Origin: Macrostomum lignano
Taxonomy: Eukaryota
DNA length: 64,000 nt
NCBI GenBank assembly: GCA_002269645.1
Contig: NIVC01000650.1
Span: 310,126 to 374,125, forward strand
Reading direction: 5' to 3'
Position numbers and translations under genes: made by a program. Every line of letters starts with the position of its first letter. The stretch's first letter is position 1. The notes under the pieces were generated by a model. That model ran no database searches. It was not told where the DNA came from and saw nothing but the letters and a program-made list of their open reading frames with translations. Below, in pieces: positions 37,265 to 49,612 of this stretch.

Positions 37265-37500
37265 ATATGAGATTCTCAGTTAGACAGTGAGAGTCTATGC
37301 TATGAGATTCTCAGTTAGGCAGAGAGTCTATCCTATGAGATTCTCAGTTAGGCAGTGAGAGTCTATCCTATGAGATTCTCAGTTAGGCAGAGAGTCTATC
37401 CTATGAGATTCTCAGTTAGGCAGTGAGAGTCTATCCTATGAGATTCTCAGTTAGGCAGAGATTTTATGAGATTCTATGAGAGTCCAGCCTATGAGATTCT
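37265..37500. repeat. 33/35-bp alternating minisatellite
   Basis: GAGATTCTCAGTTAGGCAG(TG)AGAGTCTATCCTAT. Confidence 0.92.
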
Positions 37501-37692
37501 AAGCTAAGGCTGAGTCTGCAATCCCGTGAACTTTCGCGGACTTGAGAAGAAAAGTTCGCCTGTGATCTTGGATTACCAAGTGATATTAAATGGAATTTGT
37601 AAGGAAAATTCCCTAATGACATTGAGAAGACTGCAAATACAGTGTAATCACTAAATATTCTTCTATTAGTGCACCAGAAGTCCAATATCGGC

Positions 37693-37991
37693 ATGTCTGG
37701 TGAGCCCCAAGAGCATCAGCAGCAGCAGCAGCTTCTACAGACGCCTGCCGGGTCATCTGCAGCGGCGGCGGCTGCTGCCGGAAGCAGTCGGCAGAGCAGG
37801 CGGCAGCAGCTGCAGGCGGCGACATCAAAGACGGCGGTCGATGCTCGCCTTCTGCAGCAGAGCAGCGGCGACACTGGACTGGGCAGCAGCTTTGATATCT
37901 CGCCAACGGCTACGCCAGTGCGGACCGGCTCTGCGGAGCATCCCGCGCCGGTGCAGCAGCAGCAGTCGCTGACGAAACCTCCGTCTAGAAG
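37693..37991 (+). CDS. Claudin/PMP22-superfamily protein, coding exon 1 (Q/A/S-rich)
   Basis: ATG at 37693; donor AG|GTATGG in phase 2, which joins the phase-2 acceptor at 39211. The true start could lie further upstream. Confidence 0.7.
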
Positions 37992-38074
37992 GTATGGAAC
38001 ATCCTGAAGCAGAAATTCTAGCTATGGTAGGATATTTATGATTGAAAATACCTGCAACCATGAGTCACCCGTAG

Positions 38075-39060
38075 AAGGAATACTCCAATGACCTTGGCAC
38101 GGCTGTGGAATCAAAACTCCAATGACCTTGACACGCCTGTGGAATGAAAACTCCAACGACCTTGACACGGCTGTGGAATGAAAACTCCAACGACCTTGAC
38201 ACGGCTGTGGAATGAAAACTTCAACGACCTTGACACGGATGTGGAATGAAAACTCCAATGACCTTGACACGTCTGTGGAATGAAAACTCCAACGACCTTG
38301 ACACGGTTGTGGAAAGAAAAACTTCAACGACCTTGACACGGCTTTGGAATGAAAACTCAAACGACCTTGGCACGGCTGTGGAAGGAAAACTCCAATAACC
38401 TTGACACGCCTGTGGAATGAAAACTCCAATGACCTTGACACGGCTGTGGAATGAAAACTCCAACGACCTTGACACGGCGTTGGAATGAAAATTCCAACGA
38501 CCTTGACACGGCTTTGGAATGAAAACTCCAACGACCTTGACACGGCTGTGGAATGAAAACTTCAACGACCTTGACACGGATGTGGAATGAAAACTCCAAT
38601 GACCTTGACACGTCTGTGGAATGAAAACTCCAACGACCTTGACACGGTTGTGGAAAGAAAAACTTCAACGACCTTGACACGGCTTTGGAATGAAAACTCA
38701 AACGACCTTGGCACGGCTGTGGAAGGAAAACTCCAATAACCTTGACACGCCTGTGGAATGAAAACTCCAATGACCTTGACACGGCTGTGGAATGAAAACT
38801 CCAACGACCTTGACACGGCGTTGGAATGAAAATTCCAACGACCTTGACACGGCTTTGGAATGAAAACTCCAACGACCTTGACACGGCTGTGGAATGAAAA
38901 CTCCAACGACCTTGACACGGCGTTGGAATGAAAATTCCAACGACCTTGACACGGCTTTGGAATGAAAACTCCAACGACCTTGACACGGCTGTGGAATGAA
39001 AACTCAAACGACCTTGGCACGGCTGTGGAAGGAAAACTCCAATAACCTTGACACGAGTGT
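38075..39060. repeat. 34-bp minisatellite with an about 340-bp higher-order block
   Basis: GAATGAAAACTCCAACGACCTTGACACGGCTGTG; the variant GGATGTGG recurs at 38237 and 38578. Confidence 0.96.
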
Positions 39061-39211
39061 AGAAGGAAGCAAGCAGTCCGGTAACCATGAAGTGGATGCT
39101 GGAGGTGTCGCGGGATTAAAATGGAAAATTCCTGTCACCTACTGAATAAAAAGCTTATGCGTCATCGCGCTGCCTTAAGCTGCAGTTAAATGGATTATTT
39201 TTTCACAACAG

Positions 39212-39942
39212 GGTGTCGGCCGAATCGGCTGGGGGAGAAGTTACTTCTAGAATCGATGGAGATCGGCCACAGAAGCGGCAGCAGCAGATTCAGACTCAGA
39301 GGCATCCAGACGAACCTGGCACCAGTGGCACCAGCGGTGGCATCGTCGGTAACACGCTGGCAACCACCGAGTCCGCCTGGATGCGCTGGTCACGTGACCG
39401 ACGCTCGATGCAGCAGAGACGACTGCGGCTCCAGCAACAGCAGCAGCAGCCGGCCAACCTGTCAGATCAGGATGCCGACTTCGATCCGGAGTGCAACGTT
39501 GCCGATGTGGTTGAATCGCCGATGCGTCGAATTTCCACGCCGATAATGAAGGCGCGCGAGGAGAGCGCCAACCTGGTGGCGCCGGAGCTGTACAATCGGC
39601 GCCTGCAGCACCTGCAACAGCACGGCCTCATCGATCCAGCCTCCGCCGCAACCATCGGCATCGCCGCGACCTCTAATCGGTCGACGGCATTGGTGTCGAC
39701 GTCGGCGAAAGCGCAGCCGCGCGTCGATGATCGCGGACGTAGCCGTCGACAGAAGAGGCGCCGGCAGAACCTGCGGATGGCTTGCCAGGAGCTCACGCCG
39801 GCGCAGTGGAGCCGTCTGCGCGAGTACTGGGAGCACCCGACTTTCATGCAGCTGCGCTTCCTGGCCGCCATCCTGGCTCTGATCAGCGTCGGCGTGCTCG
39901 GCTACTCAGCCGCCAGCGTCAGGTGGTCGCACCATGCCCCAG
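39212..39942 (+). CDS. Claudin/PMP22-superfamily protein, exon 2 (disordered region + TM1)
   Basis: Acceptor TTTTTTCACAACAG|; 731-nt open exon ending in TM1 FLAAILALISVGVLGYSAASVRW; phase-1 donor CAG|GTGAGT. Confidence 0.85.
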
Positions 39943-40004
39943 GTGAGTCAGGTGAGGGCTGGCGAGTGGACTTGACACAGGGTGTGCGGGGTCACATCAT
40001 TTTC

Positions 40005-40295
40005 ATTTGACTGTGGCGCCATTTTTATTTGACTGTGGCGCAATTTCAATTGACTGTGGCGCCATATTCATTTGACTGTGGCGCCATTCCATTTGACTGT
40101 GGCCCCATTTTCAGTTGACTGTGGCGCCATTTCACTTGACTGTGGCGCCTTTCCATTTGACTGTGGCGCCATATTCATTTGACTGTGGCCCCATTTCATT
40201 TGACTGTGGTGCCATTTTCATGACTGTGGCGCCATTTTCATTTGACTGTGGCCCCATTTTTAGTTTACTGTGGCGCCATTCCATTTGACTGTGCC
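40005..40295. repeat. 21-22-bp GGCGCC-core minisatellite
   Basis: TTTGACTGTGGCGCCATTTTCA, about 13 copies. Confidence 0.93.
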
Positions 40296-40829
40296 AGTTC
40301 TGCCTATTCCGCTGACCTCTGGGCAAATACAAGCGCGCCAATGCTGTACACAGAGACGCACACACTCACACATGGTGTACAGCGACCCCAATAGTCAGGA
40401 ATGCACACACTCTCTCTGCCTTGATGGCAGGCCCTCATGGCTGTGACTCGTACATTCTAGACCACTGGCAACCTCAAAATATTGGGCGTTAAAATATTGG
40501 ATGTTCATTTAACTCACATTGGTACACATTTGGATTTCACCACTTCTTCACCAATATCTTAGCTAGCTTCGATTTTCCCGAGATATTAACAAAAGTACAG
40601 AGAAAGAGATGAGCACTCGGAGTGGCACTTGAACTGCTCACAGGCCTTCTTCCTTCATCCTGGGCACACGCCCAGGTTCAAGTGCTCAGTTCTTGGTCCT
40701 CTTGAGACTCTCCTTGGAAACTCGAACACTTGCACTACTGTCCGATGTCAGTTGTACTTAGTTTGCTTGTTTTTGCAGTCCTAACAAATTCCTAGATCTT
40801 TTGGTTCTCATCTCAGCCTGTCTCTGCTC

Positions 40830-41540
40830 CCTGCATTGTGTCTCAGTCTGTATCTCTGATGTCTGCCTTGTGTCTCAGGCTGTGTCTCTGATGTCTGCCT
40901 TGTGTCTCAGGCTGTGTCTCTGATGTCTGCCTTGTGTCTCAGCCTGTGTCTTTGATCTCTGCCTTGTGTCTCAGGCTGTGTCTTTGATCTCTGCCTTGTG
41001 TCTCAGCCTGTGTCTCTGATGTATGCCTTGTGTCTCAGCCTGTGTCTCTGATGTCTGCCTTGTGTCTCAGCCTCTGCCTCTGATCTCTGCCTTGTGTCTC
41101 AGCCTGTGTCTCTGATGTCTGCCTTGTGTCTCAGCCTGTGACTTTGATCTCTGCCTTGTGTCTCAGGCTGTGTCTCTGATCTCTGCCTTGTGTCTCAGCC
41201 TGTGTCTCTGATGTCTGCCTTGTGTCTCAGCCTGTGTCTCTGATCTCTGCCTTGTGTCTCAGGCTGTGTCTCTGATGTCTGTTTTGTGTCTCAGGCTGTG
41301 TCTCTGATCTCTGCACTGTGTCTCAGCCTGTGTCTCTGATCTCTGCCTTGTGTCTCAGCCTGTGTCTCTGATCTCTGCCTTGTGTCTCAGGCTGTGTCTC
41401 TGATCTCTGCCTTGTGTCTCAGGCTGTGTCTCTGATCTCTGCCTTGTGTCTCAGCCTGTGTCTCTGATCTCTGCCTTGTGTCTCAGCCTGTGTTTCTGAT
41501 CTTTGGCTTGTGTCCCAGCCTGTGTCTCTGATCTCTGCTC
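40830..41540. repeat. 32-bp minisatellite (TGTGTCTC family)
   Basis: CTTGTGTCTCAG(G/C)CTGTGTCTCTGAT(C/G)TCTGC. Confidence 0.95.
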
Positions 41541-41889
41541 TTAATCTCATCCGCACAGCTCCATATCTGAGTATGTACTTTTACCATAAAGTTTTGATAA
41601 TGAATTATTACATTATTTTATGATTGCGGCCACTAGAATATTATGGAGTGGGAGCGAATGTGCATGTTTCTGTTTTTTTATAGCCACTACATCACACGCG
41701 GTAATCCAGTCTCTCTTTATCCCATAACCGACTTCCCAATGTTATAAAGTGCTTGTGCTTTGCTAGCACTCAGAAGCAGTGGACTTCCTTTGTCTGCTGT
41801 GAGACCACACGTTCGGTACTTCTGTACACTTAATCGAGGGGGTGGGTGTGTTACATGTAAAGAGGGCGGTAGAGAAGTCTGAAGAGGGA

Positions 41890-42472
41890 GACACAAAGAG
41901 ACACAGTCTGAGCCTGAGACACAAGTCAGAGATCAGAGACACAATTCAGAGATCAGAGACACAAGGCAGAGATCAGAGACACAATTCAGAGATCAGAGAC
42001 ACAATTCAGAGATCAGAGACACAATTCAGAGATCAGAGACACAATTCAGAGATCAGAGACACAAGGCAGAGATCAGAGACACAATTCAGAGATCAGAGAC
42101 ACAATTCAGAGATCAGAGACACAATTCAGAGATCAGAGACACAATTCAGAGATCAGAGACACAATTCAGAGATCAGAGACACAATTCAGGGATCAGAGAC
42201 ACAATTCAGAGATCAGAGACACAAGGCAGACATCAGAGACACAATTCAGAGATCAGAGACACAATTCACAGATCAGAGACACAATTCAGAGATCAGAGAC
42301 ACAAGGCAGACATCAGAGACACAATTCAGAGATCAGAGACACAAGGCAGAGATCAGAGACACAATTCAGAGATCAGAGACACAAGGCAGAGATCAGAGAC
42401 ACAAGGCAGACATCAGAGACACAATTCAGACATCAGAGACACAAAGCAGAGATCAGAGACACAGCCACTACT
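41890..42472 (-). repeat. 20-bp minisatellite, left arm of an inverted pair
   Basis: GAGACACAATTCAGAGATCA, the reverse complement of the 44075-44900 unit. Confidence 0.96.
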
Positions 42473-43276
42473 GAGCACGGGACACGAGCTCTACCTTAAT
42501 ATCAGGGTGTGGATAATGTACTTATGGCACTTGTTTGGATGCCAAGAAACTACGTCGTAAAATGAAGTACTTCTTGCATATTTGCTCTGGACAAAAGCGA
42601 GCGCTTATTAAGATACAAAAGCCAGTACGCTTGCAGACTTGCTACCGATTGCACTTGATAAAATATTTAAAGTAGTTTGAGACATTGAGACTCGGTGTGG
42701 TGGCGTTTGAGAGCTTAGAGACGATTTCTGGTGCGTTCGAGACCTACTTGTACGGGTATTGGCACTGGCTGCAGGAGCAGTCAGGAGTTTCAGTAGGGGG
42801 GCAGAGGATGTCTTGAAGGAAGCGCCGGAGCTGCTGGTCAGGAGACGCCATGTTCTTTAGTCAGCCAATGGGGATCACGGACCCCATTGACCTCTTGGCT
42901 ACGGCCCCGCTAGGCGCTACTGTGATAATGAAAAGCTTTGCACATAACACAAAAACTAGTCAGTAGGGTCAAACTGCTTTTGTCAGGAGTGTCAGGCCTC
43001 TTGTCAGGTCTGTGGATGGCTCAGCCGCTAGCGAGGCAGTCCCGAGCACGAGAGCAGCTGGTAGAAGCTGCTGCAGTACTTGTACCGATCCCAGAATCCT
43101 CTCTTCATCCCGCGCCACTTCTTCACAGCAAGCTGGTGGACTTCGGGGACTGACTGGCCGTCTCTCGGGCTGCCGTGGCCGACTTTGGGCTGAAAACTTT
43201 GAGGCTGAGGCTGCTGACGAAGCTGCGTGTGCTTGCATGCATGGGCAGTGCTAATCTTGTGGGATGTCTCACTCAC

Positions 43277-43365
43277 CTGAGCCACCTGGCCGTCAGGCGG
43301 AGCGACTCGGAGAGAGCGACGGTCGTCAGACACAGAAGGAGCAAACGGAGAGGCGTGTTGAGCAT
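43277..43365 (-). CDS. Candidate first coding exon (signal peptide) of a nested small gene
   Basis: TATAAAA near 43490 on the minus strand, ACCATG start, MLNTPLRLLLLCLTTVALSES signal-like peptide and a consensus donor AG|GTGAGT. The downstream exon frame is unresolved. Confidence 0.4.
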
Positions 43366-44074
43366 GGTGAGATGCGGCTTGAGCTGCAGGCAGGCAGGTA
43401 GGAAGCTGGGTTGAGGTTGGAGAACCGATGAGGCACCCGTAAGCCGATTGGTTCGATGGACAGGAGCTGCGAAAAGGTGCCGCATTTTATAGACTTTTGG
43501 CTCAGAAGCTCAATTGAGCAGATGCTTGATAGGCAAAATTATTCAATTACGAGTATTAGCCTTCGATTTCATCTAACGAAATGCTGCAATTACACCCACT
43601 GCAGAGCAGGTGTGATTTGGGGAATCGATGCTACCTATTAAAGACCGAGCGTGTCCGCAATTATGGAGGTGGACCAGGAGATTCGGTATTTTGTCTCAAT
43701 TAAAAGGAAATTGCCAAAGTTGCCCCCGGCCAGGCTCGAGTGGTAAATTATCTGACGTCAGCAGGCCAGGAGCAGACAAGTACAATGTGGTGGCTTATTG
43801 TGGCCGCTGGTTTGCATTGCATCATAATCAATTCCACCCCAAAGTCGCGACTTGGTACGATAAAAATTGGCGATGGGAATGGCGGTTTCAGTTGAACAAC
43901 TGGAACCTTGCGAGTAAGGTAAAGATTAGGACGCCCATCACGACAGAGGTGGCGGCAGGACATGTCAAGGACTTCTTCACAATCGCTGTTCGTCTGTTTC
44001 TAAGTGTTGAGGAACGAGACGGCTGGGCTGAGCCGGAGGAACGAGCTGGGATCACTTGAGGCGATTTGGGTCTC

Positions 44075-44900
44075 TGATGTCTGATTTGTGTCGCTGATCT
44101 CTAAATTGTGTCTCTGATCTCTGAATTGTGTCTCTGATCTCTGAATTGTGTCTCTGATCTTTGAATTGTGTCTCTGATCTCTGAATTGTGTCTCTGATCT
44201 CTGAATTGTGTCTCTGATCTCTGAATTGTGTCTCTGATCTCTGAATTGTGTCTCCTGATCTGTGAATTGTGTCTCTGATCTGTGAATTGTGTCTCTGATC
44301 TCTGAATTGTGTCTCTGATCTGTGAATTGTGTCTCTGATCTGTGAATTGTGTCTCTGATCTCTGAATTGTGTCTCTGATCTCTGAATTGTGTCTCTGATC
44401 TCTGAATTGTGTCTCCTGATCTGTGAATTGTGTCTCTGATCTCTGAATTGTGTCTCTGATCTCTGAATTGTGTCTCTGATCTCTGAATTGTGTCTCTGAT
44501 CTCTGAATTGTGTCTCCTGATCTGTGAATTGTGTCTCTGATCTGTGAATTGTGTCTCTGATCTCTGAATTGTGTCTCTGATCTGTGGATTGTGTCTCTGA
44601 TCTGTGAATTGTGTCTCTGATCTCTGAATTGTGTCTCTGATCTCTGAATTGTGTCTCTGATCTCTGAATTGTGTCTCCTGATCTGTGAATTGTGTCTCTG
44701 ATCTGTGAATTTTGTCTCTGATCTGTGAATTTTGTCTCTGATCTCTGAATTGTATCTCTGATCTGTGAATTGTGTCTCTGATCTCTGAATTGTGTCTCCT
44801 GATCTTTGAATTGTGTCTCTGATCTCTGCCTTGTGTCTTTGATCTCTGAATTGTGTCTCTGATCTGTGACTTGTGTCTCTGATCTCTGCATTGTGTCTCA
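44075..44900 (+). repeat. 20-bp minisatellite, right arm
   Basis: TGTGTCTCTGATCT(C/G)TGAAT, about 40 copies. Confidence 0.96.
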
Positions 44901-45719
44901 CCCTGTGTTTATTTCAGCTTTGCCCATCAGCGGATATCCACCAGGCTGCAATTCGCGTATCATATTTAAAAAATAACTTTCTGAATAGCTGGCTTTGTAG
45001 AGCGAAAAGTCTTTCGGATAATTTTACAGATAAATGGTTCCGGTATTTAACCTAAATTATTCGACAAGTTTTGTTTTTTTACAGTAGCCAAGCTTTGACT
45101 GTAAACCGTCAATTTTGCATTTGTCGCTTTTCTGCTAGTCTGTACATGCAAGCCATTGCTTCCGTCCAGTGCTTTCGTCCGAACTGAGCTGCTGGTCTGT
45201 CACTGCTTCTCTCTCTCTCTCTCTCTCTCCCTCTTTCTCCCTCTCTCCCTTTCTACTCCATCTCCCACTCTGTCACTTCTTTGTAATTAGAGTGCAATTC
45301 AACTTTCTAGTACAGAATTACTCCCTAACACACTGTGCTCAACCCATTTCCAAATAACGTCGCATTTCCATTAGGCTAAAGCAGCTCCATGTTGCAAACT
45401 ACAGGTAGCTTAAAACACTGCAGTCAGTCGGAATTAACTCAACCGTATTAAATTAAACGGCCCCAAACTACCCTATAAGTACCTGTCAAGTACTCGTAGT
45501 TTGGGGGACCTGAACCTAACCACCTATCTCTTTCAAGCCTTCTCAACCGAATTGAACCCCTGGAAACTATCAAAGGCGGAGCTTCCTCGCCGCTTGAATT
45601 CCCAGGGAGCAGTTAATTACCGACAATTAACTGGCTGTAGTCAGCTGCGCTCCGGAACCGCGGCTTGACAGCGCTGTGCAGTAGTTTGGGAAAAATGTTT
45701 CGCTTTTATTTCCGCCTAG

Positions 45720-45851
45720 CCAGTTTCAAAACTGCCATTTTTGCTCTGGCAGACAACGCCACTCTCGCCCTGTCCGGTCTGTGGAGTTCCTGCTTCCGGC
45801 CCAATGGCAGCTGCGCAACCAACTTCCATCTGACGCATCTGGAAGGTCGAG
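45720..45851 (+). CDS. Claudin/PMP22-superfamily protein, exon 3 (ECL1, GLW-C-C motif)
   Basis: Phase-1 acceptor TTTCCGCCTAG|; SGLWSSCFRPNGSCATNF is the claudin-family signature; phase-1 donor GAG|GTAGGG (alternative donor at 45845). Confidence 0.85.
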
Positions 45852-45974
45852 GTAGGGCTGCTGAGTGCGAGTTATTGTAGCTGCGACGCTCTAGCTTACT
45901 ACTCTTGCTGAGTAGTGCCTTGCAAGCATTGCTTATTGAGGTTATACTCTATGAATATTATAAATATGACTGTA

Positions 45975-46467
<493 letters not shown>

Positions 46468-46503
46468 TTACGCATTCTCAGTCCGCCGCACGCACTCCTT
46501 CAG

Positions 46504-46653
46504 ACTGGCAGAAGGCCATATTCGGCCTAGTGCTGTTCTCTGTGCTGTTTGCCGCCTGCGGCACTGTGCTGGCCGGCATGGGTATCTGCGTGAACTTTTT
46601 GCCTAAGAAATTGTACTACCTGCACTCTGCAGGCGAATTCTGCTTTTTGGCTG
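46504..46653 (+). CDS. Claudin/PMP22-superfamily protein, exon 4 (TM2, start of TM3)
   Basis: Phase-1 acceptor CTCCTTCAG| gives [30 protein letters not shown]...[10 protein letters not shown]; phase-1 donor CTG|GTGAGT. Confidence 0.88.
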
Positions 46654-46819
46654 GTGAGTAAATTTGCTGTTTTATATGTTCAAGCTGCCCCTATATTCGA
46701 GGACGACAAAATATCCTCTGGGAACCCGATTAGGGAAATCTCTAACTCTAAATAAGAATTCCTCTATTGAAAACCAACCACTATTACTGTTGGAAAACAA
46801 CAGTTGCAAAACCACCATT

Positions 46820-47410
46820 ACCCTCCAGAGCTATAAAGAGTCTATGACCTTGAAAAATCTCTCCAGGGCTATCAAGAATCTATATGACCTTGAAAAATCC
46901 CTCCAGGGCTATAAAGAGTCTATGACCTTAAAAAATCCCTCCAGGGCTATAAAGAGTCTATGGCCTTGAAAAATCCCTCCAGGGCTATAAAGAGTCTATA
47001 TGACCTTAAAAAATCCCTCCAGGGCTATAGAGTCTATATGACCTTAAAAAATCCCTCCAGGGCTATAAAGAGTCTATGGCCTTGAAAAATCCCTCCAGGG
47101 CTATAAAGAGTCTATGGCCTTGAAAAATCCCTCCAGGGCTATAAAGAGTCTATGACCTTAAAAAATCCCTCCAGGGCTATAAAGAGTCTATATGACCTTA
47201 AAAAATCCCTCCAGGGCTATAGAGTCTATATGACCTTAAAAAATCCCTCCAGGGCTATAAAGAGTCTATGGCCTTGAAAAATCCCTCCAGGGCTATAAGG
47301 AGTCTATGACCTTGAAAAATCCCTCCAGGGCTATAAAGAGTCTATGGCCTTGAAAAATCCCTCCAGAGCTATAGAAAGTCTATGACCTTGTGGAATCCCT
47401 CCAGAACTAT
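46820..47410. repeat. 38-40-bp minisatellite
   Basis: AAAAATCCCTCCAGGGCTATAAAGAGTCTATG(A/G)CCTT. Confidence 0.95.
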
Positions 47411-47453
47411 AAAAAAACAATATTACTTTTAAAAATCTCGCAAAAACTCGCAG

Positions 47454-47809
47454 GTCTAGCTAGCGGCGCCGGACTGTCGGTGTATCCTCACACAGTTCAG
47501 AAGCTTAGCTACCAGCGGCATCATTATGGCAATGCCTATTGGCTAGGCTGGGCTGCCTGCATCCTGCAAACCCTGGCAGCCCTGTGTCTGATGTTCGACC
47601 ATCTGGTGCGTGAGTCCAGCAGGCAGCGCCATTGTCCCAGGTGCTGCTGCCTCTGCTGCCGCCGAATCAAGCGCAGAAAAGTTCAACGCCAGCTGGCATC
47701 GGCTAATCAAAAGACAGCGGAAGCCATTGCGGATGCGGAGGAGCAGATCGAGTTGAAAGCGGCCGTTTCTAGTGATGCAGCTAGTCTGCAGCCTGTCCAA
47801 TTGGTGTGA
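47454..47809 (+). CDS. Claudin/PMP22-superfamily protein, exon 5 (TM3 end, TM4, tail)
   Basis: Phase-1 acceptor AAACTCGCAG|; YGNAYWLGWAACILQTLAALCLMF (YGxSYxLGW-type motif), Cys cluster CPRCCCLCC, stop at 47807-47809. The five exons sum to 1668 nt = 555 aa. Confidence 0.9.
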
Positions 47810-48556
47810 CACATTTTCAGATGCTCAGGTTCAAAGATCAAGACTTCACAAAGTCGCTTTATAATGTCTTCATAATAGCGAATGCACTTTTAGGACCAAG
47901 GATCAACGTGCATTGCGGATGCATCAGGAGAAAAAACCCTTATTTTTATGTACAATTTAACATGCGTTTTCTGGATAGAATATCCACCTTTTTAACCGCA
48001 TAATACATGATTGCTTAACTTCTGCTATTACAACTATCACATGAGAAGCTCTTTGTCAGGGAGCAAGACTAAAGCAGTCCTCATGCTGCGTGGCTTGGGG
48101 ACCCCAGACCTCGTTGGAACGTGGTTATTACGACCGTATCGTAGGCGAAGAAAAATCTTCCAGAAATCTTCGAGTCTTTTCCCTAGCCACCTACACGCAG
48201 TTGTTAATTTTATAAATTCATATAGGTAGCTTTGTACTCGTAAAAAAGAGACTGCCAGAATCCTGTGGAGTAAGATCAGTATTTTGCTATTTTGCTTACA
48301 GAACGTGACTACTAGTGGCGTTGTTTTTGTACTAATAGTGACAGATATCTACAATATTGCTATTGAATACATGAACATTTATTTTAAGTGTTCTGGTAAA
48401 CTACTTATTAATCTGTTGTTAATAGCCAAAACCGAGTATTATTACGGCATAATTAAGTTGCCAATGAATAACAAAACGAATAAATTGTTTGTTTTTTGCT
48501 GCATGCAGAGGAAGCCGTATTTTAACTGTTTCTGTATTTTATAGTCTTTAATCTTT

Positions 48557-48749
48557 GGGCCGTATGCAGAAAGCCTAGTCCAGACTAGCTAGTCCGGACT
48601 TGGGTAGTTCAGTCTATAGTCTATGGTCTAGCTAGCCTAGTTCTGCTATAGTAGACTGGTCTAACTTTGTATTTCTGCATACCAAATCCAAGTCTAGACT
48701 AGCTTTTGAAGACCGGACTACCCTAGACAGAGCTTTCTGCATACGGCCC
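48557..48749. mobile_element. 193-bp MITE with perfect 18-bp TIRs (PIF/Harbinger, Tourist-like)
   Basis: GGGCCGTATGCAGAAAGC ... GCTTTCTGCATACGGCCC. A 3-bp TSD is not cleanly preserved (TTT/ATA), so the superfamily is an inference from the termini. Confidence 0.75.
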
Positions 48750-49612
48750 ATAGCAAGTGCTTCACTCGTAATGCAATGGTTATTTAACAATAATAACCTC
48801 TCCCCTTATACTTTCAAACACTTCTCTGATGCAAACTCTGGTGTTCACTTTTCCCTCTTTTCAGTCAATCTTTCAGTCAGCACGATTGTTGTAGCGTAGA
48901 AAGCTCTTTAGGGTCGGGATTTGGTTTGAATTTATACGAGCCACAATACATGTGCATCACTTTCACTGAAAATCTGATAGGTTGCTGTGTGTATGTTGGT
49001 GAGTGCATGTTGCTGAGTGTACATATATGTTGCTGAATTTATGTTGCTGGGTGCATGTTGTTAGGTTTATGTTAATAGAACGACAGCTTGCTGTAAAAGT
49101 GAGCCTATAGTAGGAATTTTCACAGCTTACCAATAAGCTGACTGGCTTGACTTAAGTTCTCACATAAAGTGACTTTGCAATTCGAAACTTTCCAAACATT
49201 CTAACCAATATGCAATGGCTTAACGTTTCCTATTACAACCACGACAGTTGATGGATGAGAACTTCTAACAAGTTAACAGGAAAACAGCGAAGTGACGGTG
49301 CTTAATAATCTGCTGAACGCCTTTGGATCTGACGGGTATGCAAGATATCAAAGCGTCTGTCAAAAAAATCTATTTGCTCATTGGTTTGCTAAAATTAAAC
49401 TTGAATATCGCGAGCTTGAAGATGCACTCGTGCGTGACGAGTGTTTCCGTCATGCTTCTCAATGATTTTTAAGGTCGATATTTTGCCTTTTGATTTCACG
49501 GATAGATCAGCGATTTAAAAATCCGACCCTCGCTTGATGGATTATGTTTACCAAAGAAAGTTTATTGAATCCGCTCCAGAAGGGAGTCAAAGATTCTTCA
49601 GAATTTCCCTTG

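Larger units (their letters stand above)
41916..44900. mobile_element. Foldback-like element: inverted satellite arms around a 1.6-kb unique core
   Basis: The arms are reverse complements, and the variant order AAGTC-AATTC-AAGGC is mirrored at both outer ends (41916-41975 vs 44821-44880). No TSD identified. Confidence 0.55.

Noticed and set aside
46482-46503. Acceptor at 46481 (CATTCTCAG) for claudin exon 4
   Set aside because: Phase 0, incompatible with both phase-1 donors of exon 3; the acceptor at 46503 keeps the frame.
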